Shown here one piece after another: positions 44,301 through 54,569 of a stretch of DNA of 64,000 nucleotides (positions are counted from its first letter, which is position 1; every line of letters starts with the position of its first letter). The stretch is from an uncultured virus (IMG/VR IMGVR_UViG_3300042546_000459) (taxonomy: Duplodnaviria > Heunggongvirae > Uroviricota > Caudoviricetes). The position numbers and the translations under genes were made by a program. Below the pieces are notes generated by a model that ran no database searches, was not told the DNA's origin, and saw only the letters and a list, made by a program, of their open reading frames with translations. Location of the stretch: IMG/VR virus record IMGVR_UViG_3300042546_000459. One strand, written 5' to 3'.

Positions 44301-45058
44301 TGGCAAGAAGAAGAAGAAGTGATGAGCATCAACCAATAGGTGTTGGTATGACTGCAAAACAAATGAAAAGAAAAAAACCTATTAATACAGAATTACTTTT
44401 AGATATTGATCCTTTGACGGAAAATCAAAAAAGATTATTCTCTTCATACGGTGAAAATAAAAATCTTGTAGCATATGGTGCTGCTGGAACTGGTAAAACT
44501 TTTATCACTCTTTATAATGCACTAAGAGATGTACTTGACGAAAGAAACCCTTACGAAAAAATTTATATTGTACGTTCCCTTGTGGCAACTAGGGAGATTG
44601 GTTTTCTTCCAGGTGATCATGAGGATAAGTCCTCTCTTTATCAGATTCCATATAAGAATATGGTAAAGTACATGTTCCAACTTCCAAGTGATACTGAGTT
44701 TGAGATGTTATATGGAAATCTAAAAACACAGGGAACGATAAGTTTTTGGTCAACATCATTTCTTCGCGGAACTACATTAGATAATTCTATTATTATAGTT
44801 GATGAATTTCAAAACTTGAATTTTCATGAACTTGATAGTATAATTACTCGTGTTGGTGAGAATACTAAAATTTGTTTTTGTGGAGATGCGACTCAATCGG
44901 ATCTTGTAAAAACAAATGAGCGTAATGGTATTATTGATTTTATGAAAATTTTAAGGGTAATGCCTTCTTTTGATATTATCGAATTTGGTGTAGAAGATAT
45001 TGTTCGTTCTGGTCTATGTAAAGAATACATTATTGCAAAAACTGAACTAGGATTTTAA
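44300..45058 (+). CDS. phoH: PhoH family ATPase
   Basis: GAAGTGKT, IGFLPG, RGTT, VDEFQN, CGD..QSDL, DIVRSGL. Confidence 0.96.
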   Translation: MARRRRSDEHQPIGVGMTAKQMKRKKPINTELLLDIDPLTENQKRLFSSYGENKNLVAYGAAGTGKTFITLYNALRDVLDERNPYEKIYIVRSLVATREIGFLPGDHEDKSSLYQIPYKNMVKYMFQLPSDTEFEMLYGNLKTQGTISFWSTSFLRGTTLDNSIIIVDEFQNLNFHELDSIITRVGENTKICFCGDATQSDLVKTNERNGIIDFMKILRVMPSFDIIEFGVEDIVRSGLCKEYIIAKTELGF

Positions 45059-45735
45059 TGTTTAAACATATTGATTTGAATCTTCCCACGCTAGAGCGGG
45101 AGACTATAGATGGAGTTCGTTATTATAAAATTCCTGATGGAGAAGAACTTCTAAAATTATTTTCTATTACTTCGGTAACTAGTCATAAAAATCGCCAGTT
45201 TTTTGCAAACTGGCGTAAAAAAATTGGTGAAGAAGAGGCGGATAAAATTACACGACAAGCAACAAGTCGTGGTACTGATATGCATACTCTGGTTGAGTAT
45301 CATTTAAAAAATGAAAAACTTCCAGAAGTTCAACCTCTGTCAGATTACTTATTTAAAATTGCTAAGCCAGAATTAAATAAGATAAATAATATTCATGCTC
45401 TAGAGTCTTCTCTCTATAGTAAAGTATTAGGTGTTGCTGGAACAGTAGATTGTATTGCCGAATTTAATGGGGAATTGGCAATAATAGATTTTAAAACTTC
45501 AAAAAAACCCAAACCAAGAGAGTGGATTGAACATTATTTTGTTCAGTGTGTAGCATACGCATGTATGCTTTATGAGTTAACTGGAATTACGGTTAAAAAA
45601 CTAGTAATTATTATGTCCTGTGAAAATGGAGAATGCATTGTTTATGAAGAATACGACAAAGAAAAATACATCAAACTACTCATACAGTATATTAGAGAGT
45701 TTGTTCAATACAAATTGGGAAAATATGAAACCTGA
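45058..45735 (+). CDS. PD-(D/E)XK exonuclease (Cas4-like fold)
   Basis: SITSV, RGT.MH, AGTVDCIAE, IIDFKTS, YFVQ..AY. Confidence 0.85.
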   Translation: MFKHIDLNLPTLERETIDGVRYYKIPDGEELLKLFSITSVTSHKNRQFFANWRKKIGEEEADKITRQATSRGTDMHTLVEYHLKNEKLPEVQPLSDYLFKIAKPELNKINNIHALESSLYSKVLGVAGTVDCIAEFNGELAIIDFKTSKKPKPREWIEHYFVQCVAYACMLYELTGITVKKLVIIMSCENGECIVYEEYDKEKYIKLLIQYIREFVQYKLGKYET

Positions 45736-46015
45736 TAAACAAACAAAAAGTAATTCAGAACAAAGAGAATTTGAAAAGGTATTAGAAAATAAGTTTTTTT
45801 GTCCGACTAAATTTGCTCAAGAAATTGAGTCTTTAGTTCATCTCAATAGTGATATGAATTATATTGATGCTATTATTCATTTTTGCGATAGGAATAATAT
45901 TGATTTAGAATCTGTCCCTAAACTTATATCTAAACCATTAAAAGAAAAAATTAAATATAATGCAATGGAACTTAATTTCTTAAAACGAACTTCCAGAGCT
46001 AAATTAATTTTTTGA
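45725..46015 (+). CDS. gp33: Late promoter transcription co-activator gp33
   Basis: YIDAI..FC..N.I..ESV.KLISKPLKEKI...A.ELNFLK; synteny with gp59 and gp32. Confidence 0.85.
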   Translation: MKPDKQTKSNSEQREFEKVLENKFFCPTKFAQEIESLVHLNSDMNYIDAIIHFCDRNNIDLESVPKLISKPLKEKIKYNAMELNFLKRTSRAKLIF

Positions 46016-46030
46016 TTTTTAATTTATATT

Positions 46031-46621
46031 ATGACACCCTTTGAGGTCTATAAAACATATCTTGCTTTAAAAAATCATTTTACTAATGATAGTTACGATT
46101 ATCATAAGTATTGTGGTAAAAGTAGGGCAACTTTACAGTCCTTTTATAAAAGGAAGGATAGGTATTGGTTTGAAAAATTATCTAGACAAAAAAGTGATAA
46201 AGAAGTTATAAATTTTTTTGTTGCTAATTTTGTTACCTGTGATGATCCCCAATCATTGTGGATTGGAGAAATAATTAGAGAAGGCGAAGATAGATACGTC
46301 GATTGGGAAAAAAAGAAGCAATCACTTTCATATCATTTTAAAGAGCAAGTAAGTAATATATTTAATAAAACTAATCTTGATGAGATGTTTTTTATAGAGG
46401 GATCATCTCATCCACAAATATTGAAGCAGCATTTACAAAATAATATCTCCTTAGAAACTTTTATTATACTTGATAAAATTTTTGGTTTTGTAAAAATATT
46501 TGATAAAAAATTAAATGACCCTGTGTGGAAATTTATATCATCTAGAATAAAAAAATATTCTTCGTTTCTAAATATTGATATATTTAAGTATAAAAAGATT
46601 TTAAAGGAGTGTGTATTATGA
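46031..46621 (+). CDS. gp59: Helicase loader gp59
   Basis: YLALKNHFT..YDY.KY.GK, FYKRKDRY.FEKL. Confidence 0.9.
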   Translation: MTPFEVYKTYLALKNHFTNDSYDYHKYCGKSRATLQSFYKRKDRYWFEKLSRQKSDKEVINFFVANFVTCDDPQSLWIGEIIREGEDRYVDWEKKKQSLSYHFKEQVSNIFNKTNLDEMFFIEGSSHPQILKQHLQNNISLETFIILDKIFGFVKIFDKKLNDPVWKFISSRIKKYSSFLNIDIFKYKKILKECVL

Positions 46622-46959
46622 GTTTTTTTGAATCTGATGTAGTTCGTGCAGAGATGGCAGAAATTTCAGAACTACAAGAAGAACTTTATAACAGCGTGTT
46701 TAAATTTTACCAAATGGACCATAATGGTAAAATGGGACATGTAAATTTACTTCAAAGACTTTTAGATAAACAAAAAGTTTTATATACTAGACTGTCTCTG
46801 TCTGATGATCCAGAGGCAAAAAAGATGAAAGAAAATATTTCCAAATCTGCTGTAATGATGGGATTACCAGCAAATGTCGATATGAATGTGATATTTACCA
46901 ATATGCAAACTCTAATTGAAAAGATGAAAGAACAAATTAATAAATTCGAAAGCAAATAG
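46618..46959 (+). CDS. DUF1825-like protein
   Basis: MSFFESDVVR, Y.RLSLSDDPEA. Confidence 0.75.
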   Translation: MSFFESDVVRAEMAEISELQEELYNSVFKFYQMDHNGKMGHVNLLQRLLDKQKVLYTRLSLSDDPEAKKMKENISKSAVMMGLPANVDMNVIFTNMQTLIEKMKEQINKFESK

Positions 46960-46961
46960 AC

Positions 46962-46990
46962 TTGACACTGACGGGCATCTGCAATATATT
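46962..46990 (+). promoter_or_regulatory. Sigma70-type promoter for gp32
   Basis: TTGACA-N17-TATATT. Confidence 0.7.
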
Positions 46991-47061
46991 GGTTTAGTGC
47001 CCACCGCAGATGCCCTAACGGGCACCCAAAGGCCAAATCTAATTAAATCCGAGGTAATCTA

Positions 47062-48027
47062 ATGTCTTTCTCTGATCTTAAAAAGCAATCTTCTCTTGGT
47101 TCTCTTACACAAAAACTTGTTAAAGAGATGGAGAAGATGAATACATCTTCTAATGGTTCTGATGAACGTCTCTGGAAACCAGAGATGGATAAAACTGGTA
47201 ATGGTTATGCCGTTGTTCGTTTTCTTCCTGCACCAGAAGGTGAAGATCTTCCGTGGGTAAAAATGTATGCCCATGGATTCCAAGGTCCTGGTGGATGGTA
47301 TATTGAGAATTCTCTTACTACTATTGGACAAAAAGATCCAGTCTCCGAATACAACCGAGAACTGTGGAATAGTGGTAACGAAAAGGATAAAGAAACTGTT
47401 CGTAAGCAGAAGCGTAAACTGTCTTACTACTCCAACATCTATGTGGTGAAGGACCCAGCAAATCCCGCAAATGAGGGTAAAATCTTCCTCTTCAAGTATG
47501 GTAAAAAAATCTTTGATAAGATTATGGCAGCAATGCAACCAGAATTTGAAGACGAAACTCCCATCAATCCTTTTGACTTCTGGCAAGGTGCAAACTTTAA
47601 ACTGAAGATTCGTAAGGTTGATGGTTATTGGAACTATGATAAGTCCGAATTTGATCGCCCTGAACCTCTTCTGGATGATGATGAAGCAATGGAAGCAATT
47701 TGGAAGAAAGAGTATTCTCTTAACGAATTGATTGCACCTTCACAATTCAAGACTTATGAAGAACTTGAGAAGCGTCTTAAGTATGTCCTGGGACAAAAAT
47801 CTGCATCACAACGTCCTATTGATGATGAAGTTGATGATGAAGACAATTCACGCGGTTCCTATACACCAAACTTTGAGTCTCGTCGTCAAACTTCTGAACT
47901 TCCAGAAGATCTTAGTTCCGAATTAAATGCACTCGCTTCAAATTCTAAAAGTTCAGCATCTTCTTCGTATGAAGATGAGGAAGAAGATGATGCTATGAGT
48001 TACTTCCAAAAATTAGCTGAAAGTTGA
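47062..48027 (+). CDS. gp32: Single-stranded DNA-binding protein gp32
   Basis: DK.GNGYAV.RFLP, WYIENSLTT, NYDKSEF, acidic tail SYFQKLAE. Confidence 0.97.
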   Translation: MSFSDLKKQSSLGSLTQKLVKEMEKMNTSSNGSDERLWKPEMDKTGNGYAVVRFLPAPEGEDLPWVKMYAHGFQGPGGWYIENSLTTIGQKDPVSEYNRELWNSGNEKDKETVRKQKRKLSYYSNIYVVKDPANPANEGKIFLFKYGKKIFDKIMAAMQPEFEDETPINPFDFWQGANFKLKIRKVDGYWNYDKSEFDRPEPLLDDDEAMEAIWKKEYSLNELIAPSQFKTYEELEKRLKYVLGQKSASQRPIDDEVDDEDNSRGSYTPNFESRRQTSELPEDLSSELNALASNSKSSASSSYEDEEEDDAMSYFQKLAES

Positions 48028-50367
48028 TTAATCGTAATATCTAGGATTATCTGCTCTCTTAAGGGTTCTGGACAAATATTGTTCAGAACCTTTTTTGTAT
48101 GTCATAAGATTTTCAATGTCATCAAATACAATACTTATATAATCTGGTTTCAGAACATAAATTGATCTTTTACGTTCTTCGAGTTCAATCTCATATTCAT
48201 AGTTTGTTACTGGTTTTGATACTCTTCTTCCTTCAATTTCGACAACTTTTCTTTCTTTTATGTCGTAATATTGTACACCATCTGATATTTTTCTATACCA
48301 ATTAAATCCATTATATTTCCACAACTGTCCATTAATTTCAAATACTTCATCTACTTGTGGTTCGTAGATGTTTCCTGGAGGACTAATTGTTACTTGTGGT
48401 GCTGTCTCATACCCTCTTCCTGGATTTGAGAGTATTAAATCAATAATTACTCCATCTTCAACTACAGCTCTTCCAGATGCTTGGATAGGGTCTAACGGTG
48501 GTTGTATTGTGATTTGGGGTGGTTCTCTGTAATTGTATCCTGGATCTGTTATTATTATTTGATTTACTGTTCCATCAGCAAAAAGTGCATAACCTTGAGT
48601 TGTTCTTGATGGAATTGGTGGTTGAATAGTAATCGTTGGTGGTACAGTGTAACCCCCACCAGGATTAGTTAATACAAATGATCCTATATTTTCTCCATCT
48701 AGTGTTACATATCCTCTTGCTTGCAAATCAATATTATAACCATATGCTTTTCTTGTAGATGAACCTGAAATAATTAATCTGGTTCTTGCAGAATCTATAA
48801 AAACATCTTGTGGATATAAATCTTTAGATGAAAAATCTAAACTTGTTAAAAGACTTGCAGTTGTAATATCCCACGCAGTCGTTAAAGTAAAAGCATATAC
48901 TGTGTTTAATCCACCTACAAATAAATCTTTACCAGTATCATTGAAGTTAAATCCTAAATTACTAAAATCATTTGTAATTGCGGAAAGATTTAATGAAGAT
49001 ACTTGTATTGGTGATAATGTTGTAATGTCCCAAGCAACTGCTAAAGAATATTTTCTAATTGTGTCTGGAGAGTCTCCATCTAAAAGATAAATAAATCTTC
49101 CGTTATCTTGAAATCTTACCCCAGCGGCACCAATTGTTGATATGTTGGATTTATAAGTTACTGATGTTAATAACCAAGGATTTCCTAAAGTATATTGAGC
49201 AACTTTAAATCCACTTGATGTCAGTCCAGAAACATACATCCTTGTACCATCTGGACTGAATTCTACTCCAGTTGCATAAGTAAATGATACTCCAACGGTT
49301 AGGTTATATGTGCCAACATAAGATGCTGATGTGATATCCCAAGGTACTGTTAAAGTATATTGTTCTATTCTGCCTTGTGTATAACCAGATGCTCCATGGG
49401 CAGTGTACATTCTGTCTCCATCTGGAGATATGTACATTCCTTCAAGACCAGTATTAATTGTTTGTGAAGGCATCTCACCCAAGAATATCGCATTACTGAT
49501 AATATCCTCTGGGTAAGAAAACTCTAATGTAGGTAAAAATGTATAACCATCTCCAGAATTTCCTATGGAAACTGAGGTTACTGTTCCTGCTGTACCTATA
49601 GTAACATTAAATTCTGGAGGTATAGTTGGTGGTGGTGGCGTAAATGATACTAATGGTTGATATGTGTAACCTCTACCAGAGTCTACAATTGATACTGAAG
49701 CAACTTCTCTTTCACCTAAAACTGTTGATAATACCGCTGTAGCAATAGCAACTCTTCCTTGTGGTGGAGTCTCAATATAAATTTGTACATTATCGTCATA
49801 AGCAGTACCAGCATTAATTAAGTTTAAATTTACAATGCTAGAATTACTTATTGCTGATGATGCAGTCGCTTGTTCACCAGGTATTGCTGTTGGTAATTCT
49901 ATATCACTATCTAACTCTAATGTATATTCTGGTGCTTTATAAAATCCTTCATCTACAATGGTTCCATTAGGAACAATTGTGATAGAATTGGCAGTTTTAT
50001 ATTCTATTGTCTCGTAATGGTGTATTCCAGAATAAAGATTTTCATACGAACCATATTTTTCTAGTAGATATTTGTCGAGAGCATATTGTGTTTTTGGCCA
50101 TTCATCATAGACATTTAATATATTATTTGACAATAAAACTACCCAGTCTAATGTAGAATCATCATAAAGATTCTTTGCAACATTATCTGGGCGTTCATCG
50201 CCAATAATGTCATACTTTGTAAAGTATTTTAAATTACCAAAAATATCGTCTCTTATTTTACCCCTCTTAAATAAATTCTTTACAGTTACATAATCATTAA
50301 GATTCCTCTTTCCTGGGAATCTACTTACATATTCAAAATTGGGTACGTTTCTAAAATAGAATGCCAT
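48028..50367 (-). CDS. gp53: Baseplate wedge gp53 with large internal insertion
   Basis: YF...PNFEY, NLFKRGKIR, ERPD.VA..LY.D..LDWVVLL.NNI, HHYET; C-terminal TNYEYE...EE.KR.I.VLKP.Y. Confidence 0.85.
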   Translation of the reverse strand: MAFYFRNVPNFEYVSRFPGKRNLNDYVTVKNLFKRGKIRDDIFGNLKYFTKYDIIGDERPDNVAKNLYDDSTLDWVVLLSNNILNVYDEWPKTQYALDKYLLEKYGSYENLYSGIHHYETIEYKTANSITIVPNGTIVDEGFYKAPEYTLELDSDIELPTAIPGEQATASSAISNSSIVNLNLINAGTAYDDNVQIYIETPPQGRVAIATAVLSTVLGEREVASVSIVDSGRGYTYQPLVSFTPPPPTIPPEFNVTIGTAGTVTSVSIGNSGDGYTFLPTLEFSYPEDIISNAIFLGEMPSQTINTGLEGMYISPDGDRMYTAHGASGYTQGRIEQYTLTVPWDITSASYVGTYNLTVGVSFTYATGVEFSPDGTRMYVSGLTSSGFKVAQYTLGNPWLLTSVTYKSNISTIGAAGVRFQDNGRFIYLLDGDSPDTIRKYSLAVAWDITTLSPIQVSSLNLSAITNDFSNLGFNFNDTGKDLFVGGLNTVYAFTLTTAWDITTASLLTSLDFSSKDLYPQDVFIDSARTRLIISGSSTRKAYGYNIDLQARGYVTLDGENIGSFVLTNPGGGYTVPPTITIQPPIPSRTTQGYALFADGTVNQIIITDPGYNYREPPQITIQPPLDPIQASGRAVVEDGVIIDLILSNPGRGYETAPQVTISPPGNIYEPQVDEVFEINGQLWKYNGFNWYRKISDGVQYYDIKERKVVEIEGRRVSKPVTNYEYEIELEERKRSIYVLKPDYISIVFDDIENLMTYKKGSEQYLSRTLKRADNPRYYD

Positions 50368-50369
50368 TT

Positions 50370-51800
50370 TTAGTAACCTATTTCGCTAGAAGAATCGTCA
50401 TAATCTTTTGCGTATATTGGTTCAAGTTCCATAAATTGTAAACTTAAAGTATACGAAAACATTGAGTGACTTTTATTGTCCCCATCTTCCATGAAATCTT
50501 CATTAAATGTCATATAAGAACCATCTGGAGTGTAGTCAACACTGCACGCTTGTAATGCACATTTCTTTATTTTGTTAATTCCCTTGTGTGGTTTTCCCTG
50601 ATAGAAATATGAGATTTCATAAACACATGGAGCTTTTAAAAACAAATCTTTTGGAGTAGTTACTACTGCCATAGTTTGTTTAAAAAATCTAATAATTCCT
50701 TTTACTTGTTCTGCCTCTTTTATAGATCTTGGTGATAATTTAAAATTAAATGTAAAAGGTCTCAGTGTTGGTCCATCAAATAGTAATTCTAAATTTGGAT
50801 TTACAATTGCACCAGTTAATCTTGCCGCTAGATTTGTTTGTACTGCTTGTTCTGCTGCATATAATGCCACAAAGTTTTGTATTTGTGATGATACCTCACC
50901 GTCTTGGGTAGTTCTTAATGCATTTGATAATGCTGCTTTAGCACCTTCCACACCATTGTTTATAGTTCCTAGGGACAAATTTGCCCCTCCCATTTGTAAA
51001 GGTGTTATTGTCCCTTCATTCCACTTAACACCATTTTGGTCTGTAATTGATGGTTGAATTGGAAGTCTTACGGATCCTTTTATTTCTTGCTTTAAATCAC
51101 GTTCTTTAAAACTAAAGATATCTCCACTAGCACCACCAACATCTCTTCCACCATATTTAAATGCTTTGAAAATAATGTAATCTATTGATTGTGTTCCTTC
51201 GTTTAATGGATATCTATAATCTGCATATTCACCTCTTTGACCAACACCTTTAAAATCTAAATTTGCTATCCCAGATATATTTACTGAAGTTGCTGTAGTA
51301 TCTTGACCATTTTGATTATTAACATCACCGCCTGTTGGTGGGGTGTCTGCAGGATTTGATGTATCTGGTGGAGTTATAACTCTTTTTTGTTCTTCTTTTG
51401 AGCTTATGCCACTATTTTCAAGTGTTCTTGTTACTTCCGTAGATGTATTTTGGTATAATTTTCCATTTTGGTTTGTTAAGGAACTTGCTTCTGAAGCACT
51501 TAAAATTTGCTTTCCGTCAGAAGATTTTAATAAATCCCAAGATGTTCCATTATTTGTTCTTGCTACTGGAACCCAACTACCATTTCCAGTTACTACTCCA
51601 GTTAAATTATTTACTCCTTGCCACTTATATAATGTAGTTGTTCCTCCAGTAACTGCAGTTCCTCCAGATTGCTGAGAAACTGCAGTAGATGTCCTATAAA
51701 GACCACTAACTCCAGTGGATGATCTAGCACTTCCACTAGTTTTAGATGAAAATTCTCCACTACAAATTTGACCTTGGGGACATTGAAAGTTTCCTGCCAT
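50370..51800 (-). CDS. gp48: Baseplate tail-tube cap gp48
   Basis: NPNLELLF.GPTLR.F.F.FKL.PRS..EA, VDYTPDG.Y, L.F.ELEPI. Confidence 0.85.
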   Translation of the reverse strand: MAGNFQCPQGQICSGEFSSKTSGSARSSTGVSGLYRTSTAVSQQSGGTAVTGGTTTLYKWQGVNNLTGVVTGNGSWVPVARTNNGTSWDLLKSSDGKQILSASEASSLTNQNGKLYQNTSTEVTRTLENSGISSKEEQKRVITPPDTSNPADTPPTGGDVNNQNGQDTTATSVNISGIANLDFKGVGQRGEYADYRYPLNEGTQSIDYIIFKAFKYGGRDVGGASGDIFSFKERDLKQEIKGSVRLPIQPSITDQNGVKWNEGTITPLQMGGANLSLGTINNGVEGAKAALSNALRTTQDGEVSSQIQNFVALYAAEQAVQTNLAARLTGAIVNPNLELLFDGPTLRPFTFNFKLSPRSIKEAEQVKGIIRFFKQTMAVVTTPKDLFLKAPCVYEISYFYQGKPHKGINKIKKCALQACSVDYTPDGSYMTFNEDFMEDGDNKSHSMFSYTLSLQFMELEPIYAKDYDDSSSEIGY

Positions 51801-51802
51801 TA

Positions 51803-52444
51803 TCAGTTCCCCCTAAAGTCTAAATCATTTTTGCCGTATCCTTTATAATTTCTTACTCCTCTTAGCATTTTCTTAAATGTTTTGTTAGTGTCTTTCCAAA
51901 CATCAGTTACTAAAATGGATTTTTCTCTACCTTCTTTTATTGATACAAAAGATTCAATTGGTATATTTATGGCAGTCATCCATTCGTCAAATGCTATATC
52001 TAATAATAAACCTTTAATTTGATTCATATTATATTTAGACACAGAACTATATGGTAAATTTAATCTACCTTCCATTAAATTTTCGGTTATGATTTGTCTC
52101 TTAATTGGGTCAATATAATGCAAATTACTCCCAGTAAAAGAATTTCCAGAAGTTGAAATTACATATACTAAAGGATTTCTATCAAAGTATTTTAAATTTT
52201 TTGATGATGCTTCATACTGAAACATCATTAGATGACCAGATTTTGGAATTCTTCTTAGTACATTTTTATCTTTACTTCCTTCTTCTCCATTATCTTGTTG
52301 CTCATCTAATATTAATCTTTGTGGATCATTTTTATATTTTTCTGATAATCTTTTAAAGGCTCTTCTGTAGAAAATTGATGATCTTCCTTTTCCTTCTAGG
52401 TTTACTTCTTCGTTAATTTCCTCAAACAGAGTTTTTTTAGACAT
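51803..52444 (-). CDS. gp2: DNA end protector gp2-like protein
   Basis: YFDRNPLV, F.GSNLHY; synteny between gp4 and gp48. Confidence 0.65.
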   Translation of the reverse strand: MSKKTLFEEINEEVNLEGKGRSSIFYRRAFKRLSEKYKNDPQRLILDEQQDNGEEGSKDKNVLRRIPKSGHLMMFQYEASSKNLKYFDRNPLVYVISTSGNSFTGSNLHYIDPIKRQIITENLMEGRLNLPYSSVSKYNMNQIKGLLLDIAFDEWMTAINIPIESFVSIKEGREKSILVTDVWKDTNKTFKKMLRGVRNYKGYGKNDLDFRGN

Positions 52445-52887
52445 TATTTTATACCTAAATCGTCTTCTGTTATAATTTTAAATTCTAAAAGTCTATCTTT
52501 ACACCACTCTTCTGCAGCCTTCCATTTGGCTTTATTTACTTCATATAACTGAGATTCATATAAAAAAGATTTTGTTATTCTTGATTTTTTCTTTGGTGGG
52601 GCAGTTTGTCTTTTTGGTTTTACTTCAACTACGTATGTTTTTATAGACCCTCTTTTATCTCTCATCTTTACTATAAAGTCTGGAAAATACTTATGAACTT
52701 TTCTATCAATTGGTGATATGTAAGGAATAAAAAATTCCTCACTTGCCCACTCTAAAATATTTTCATTTAAGTCGCACCATTGACAAAATTTGCGTTCCCA
52801 ACTACTTCTACAAATAATATTATTAGGATTACCTTTATATTTTTGTGGGTTTGATGGTCGGTACTTGCTTTTTATACTTTCGTTCAT
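52444..52887 (-). CDS. gp4: Head completion nuclease gp4
   Basis: P.NP.KY.G, RSSWE, W.SEE, YFPDF, EVKP, N.AKW.AA. Confidence 0.92.
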   Translation of the reverse strand: MNESIKSKYRPSNPQKYKGNPNNIICRSSWERKFCQWCDLNENILEWASEEFFIPYISPIDRKVHKYFPDFIVKMRDKRGSIKTYVVEVKPKRQTAPPKKKSRITKSFLYESQLYEVNKAKWKAAEEWCKDRLLEFKIITEDDLGIK

Positions 52888-52918
52888 AAATTAACTACAT
52901 AGTATATAATAGTAAAAA

Positions 52919-52926
52919 TATTTATA
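52919..52926 (-). promoter_or_regulatory. T4-type late promoter for the leftward gp4-gp53 operon
   Basis: TATTTATA on + strand = TATAAATA on - strand. Confidence 0.7.
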
Positions 52927-52927
52927 G

Positions 52928-53791
52928 ATGACTGGTAAAAGTCTTCCACCAATAAATCCTGGAGTATCCATGTCTAGAATAAAAAGCAGGTTATTGCAAC
53001 CTGCTTTGACTTCTAATTATTCTGTTATAATTACTCCTCCAGGTAAAGCATCTTTTCCTAGACAATCTGGAGATAAAGGTTTTGCCTTATCATTTATAGA
53101 AACCCAATTAGGTGAACAAATAGATAATGAAATATTAGAATTATCCTGCTCTGAAGCATCTCTTCCAGGGTCATCTTTTGCAACTATTGATATTAGTAAT
53201 GATTATATGGGAATAACACAAAAACATGCTTATAGGAGATTATATGATGACAGGGCAGACTTTACTTTTTATGTAACTCAAAATAGTAATTATTATCAAA
53301 TAAGATTTTTTGAAGCATGGATGAGATATATTGCAAATGAACAGTATATTCAAGGAGTATCTGCTAATGATAAATTATCGGGGGCATCAATATCTAGAGT
53401 TCAATATCCAGAATTTTATAAATCAGTTATTCAAATTGCCAAATATGAAAGAGACTATGGAACAGGAAGATCACCGACATCACCAATACTAATTTATAAA
53501 TTTATAGAGGCATTTCCTATAAGTATTAATTCTATTCCAGTATCTTATGAATCTTCTTCTTTATTAAAAGTTACCGTATCTTTTTCTTATACTAGATATG
53601 TCATTGATGACTTGACTACAGTTGCAGAATCGACAGTACCAAGTAGAAATCCAAATTCAATTGGAAATCCAGATGTTCCTTCTGGAACAACAACAGTACA
53701 GTTAAATGGACCAAGATCTACGGATATACCTAGAAATGTTACTTTACAAGATGGAAGATCTACATTAGCCCAATTGAATGATGGTGTATAA
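52928..53791 (+). CDS. gp54: Baseplate tail-tube initiator gp54-like protein
   Basis: CSEASLPGSS, AYRRLYDD, FFEAW, AFP.SI.S.PVSY..S.LLKVTVSF.Y. Confidence 0.75.
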   Translation: MTGKSLPPINPGVSMSRIKSRLLQPALTSNYSVIITPPGKASFPRQSGDKGFALSFIETQLGEQIDNEILELSCSEASLPGSSFATIDISNDYMGITQKHAYRRLYDDRADFTFYVTQNSNYYQIRFFEAWMRYIANEQYIQGVSANDKLSGASISRVQYPEFYKSVIQIAKYERDYGTGRSPTSPILIYKFIEAFPISINSIPVSYESSSLLKVTVSFSYTRYVIDDLTTVAESTVPSRNPNSIGNPDVPSGTTTVQLNGPRSTDIPRNVTLQDGRSTLAQLNDGV

Positions 53792-53838
53792 GTTCTTAAA
53801 AGCACAATAAATAAAGTAACTGAATTTTATAGGAGATT

Positions 53839-54558
53839 ATGCCTTTACCAAAAATTTCTGCCCCAACATATGAGTTGGAATTGCCTTCAACTGGTCAAGT
53901 TATACAATATAGACCTTTTTTAGTAAGAGAAGAAAAATTATTAGTTCTTGCTTTAGAAAGTGAAGATACAAAACAAATTACTACAGCAATTAAAACAGTT
54001 ATTAAAAATTGTATTATTACAAAAAATATAAAAGTAGAATCGTTACCAACTTTTGATATTGAATATTTGTTCTTAAATATTCGTGGAAAATCTGTTGGGG
54101 AAGAACTTGAAGTTAATATTATTTGTCCTGATGACGAACAGACTACAGTGCCTGTGACTATTAATATTGATGATATTCAAGTACAAAAAAATGATAAGCA
54201 CAAAACGCAGATTAAAATTGATGACTCTATAATGATGGAAATGAAGTATCCTTCATTGGATCAATTTATTAAGAGTAACTTTGATTTTAGTGGTAATAGT
54301 AATATGGAGCAATCTTTTGATTTAGTTGCTTCTTGTGTTGATAAAATTTATACTGAGGATGAAGCATGGTCTTCCTCTGATGTAACTAAAAAAGAATTAA
54401 TAGAATTTTTAGATCAGATGAATTCTTCTCAATTTAAAATGATTGAAGAATTTTTTGATACTATGCCAAAACTTTCTCATGAAATTAAAGTTACTAATCC
54501 CAACACTGGGGTTGAGAGCACTGTCGTTCTGGAGGGTCTGTCGAGTTTTTTCGTATAG
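53839..54558 (+). CDS. gp26: Baseplate hub assembly protein gp26
   Basis: MPLPKI..PTYELELPS, YRPFLV.EEK, DIEY.FL.IRGKSVGE, LEGL.SFF. Confidence 0.9.
   Translation: MPLPKISAPTYELELPSTGQVIQYRPFLVREEKLLVLALESEDTKQITTAIKTVIKNCIITKNIKVESLPTFDIEYLFLNIRGKSVGEELEVNIICPDDEQTTVPVTINIDDIQVQKNDKHKTQIKIDDSIMMEMKYPSLDQFIKSNFDFSGNSNMEQSFDLVASCVDKIYTEDEAWSSSDVTKKELIEFLDQMNSSQFKMIEEFFDTMPKLSHEIKVTNPNTGVESTVVLEGLSSFFV
54546..54552 (+). other. Candidate -1 ribosomal frameshift slippery site T TTT TTC
   Basis: X XXY YYZ heptamer just before the gp26 stop; the -1 frame is open into the gp51-like ORF. Confidence 0.6.
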
Positions 54559-54569
54559 CCCTGGTCCAC

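Noticed and set aside
45058..45735. Cas4-like nuclease as part of a CRISPR system
   Set aside because: It is the standard cyanomyovirus exonuclease between phoH and gp33; no array or other cas genes
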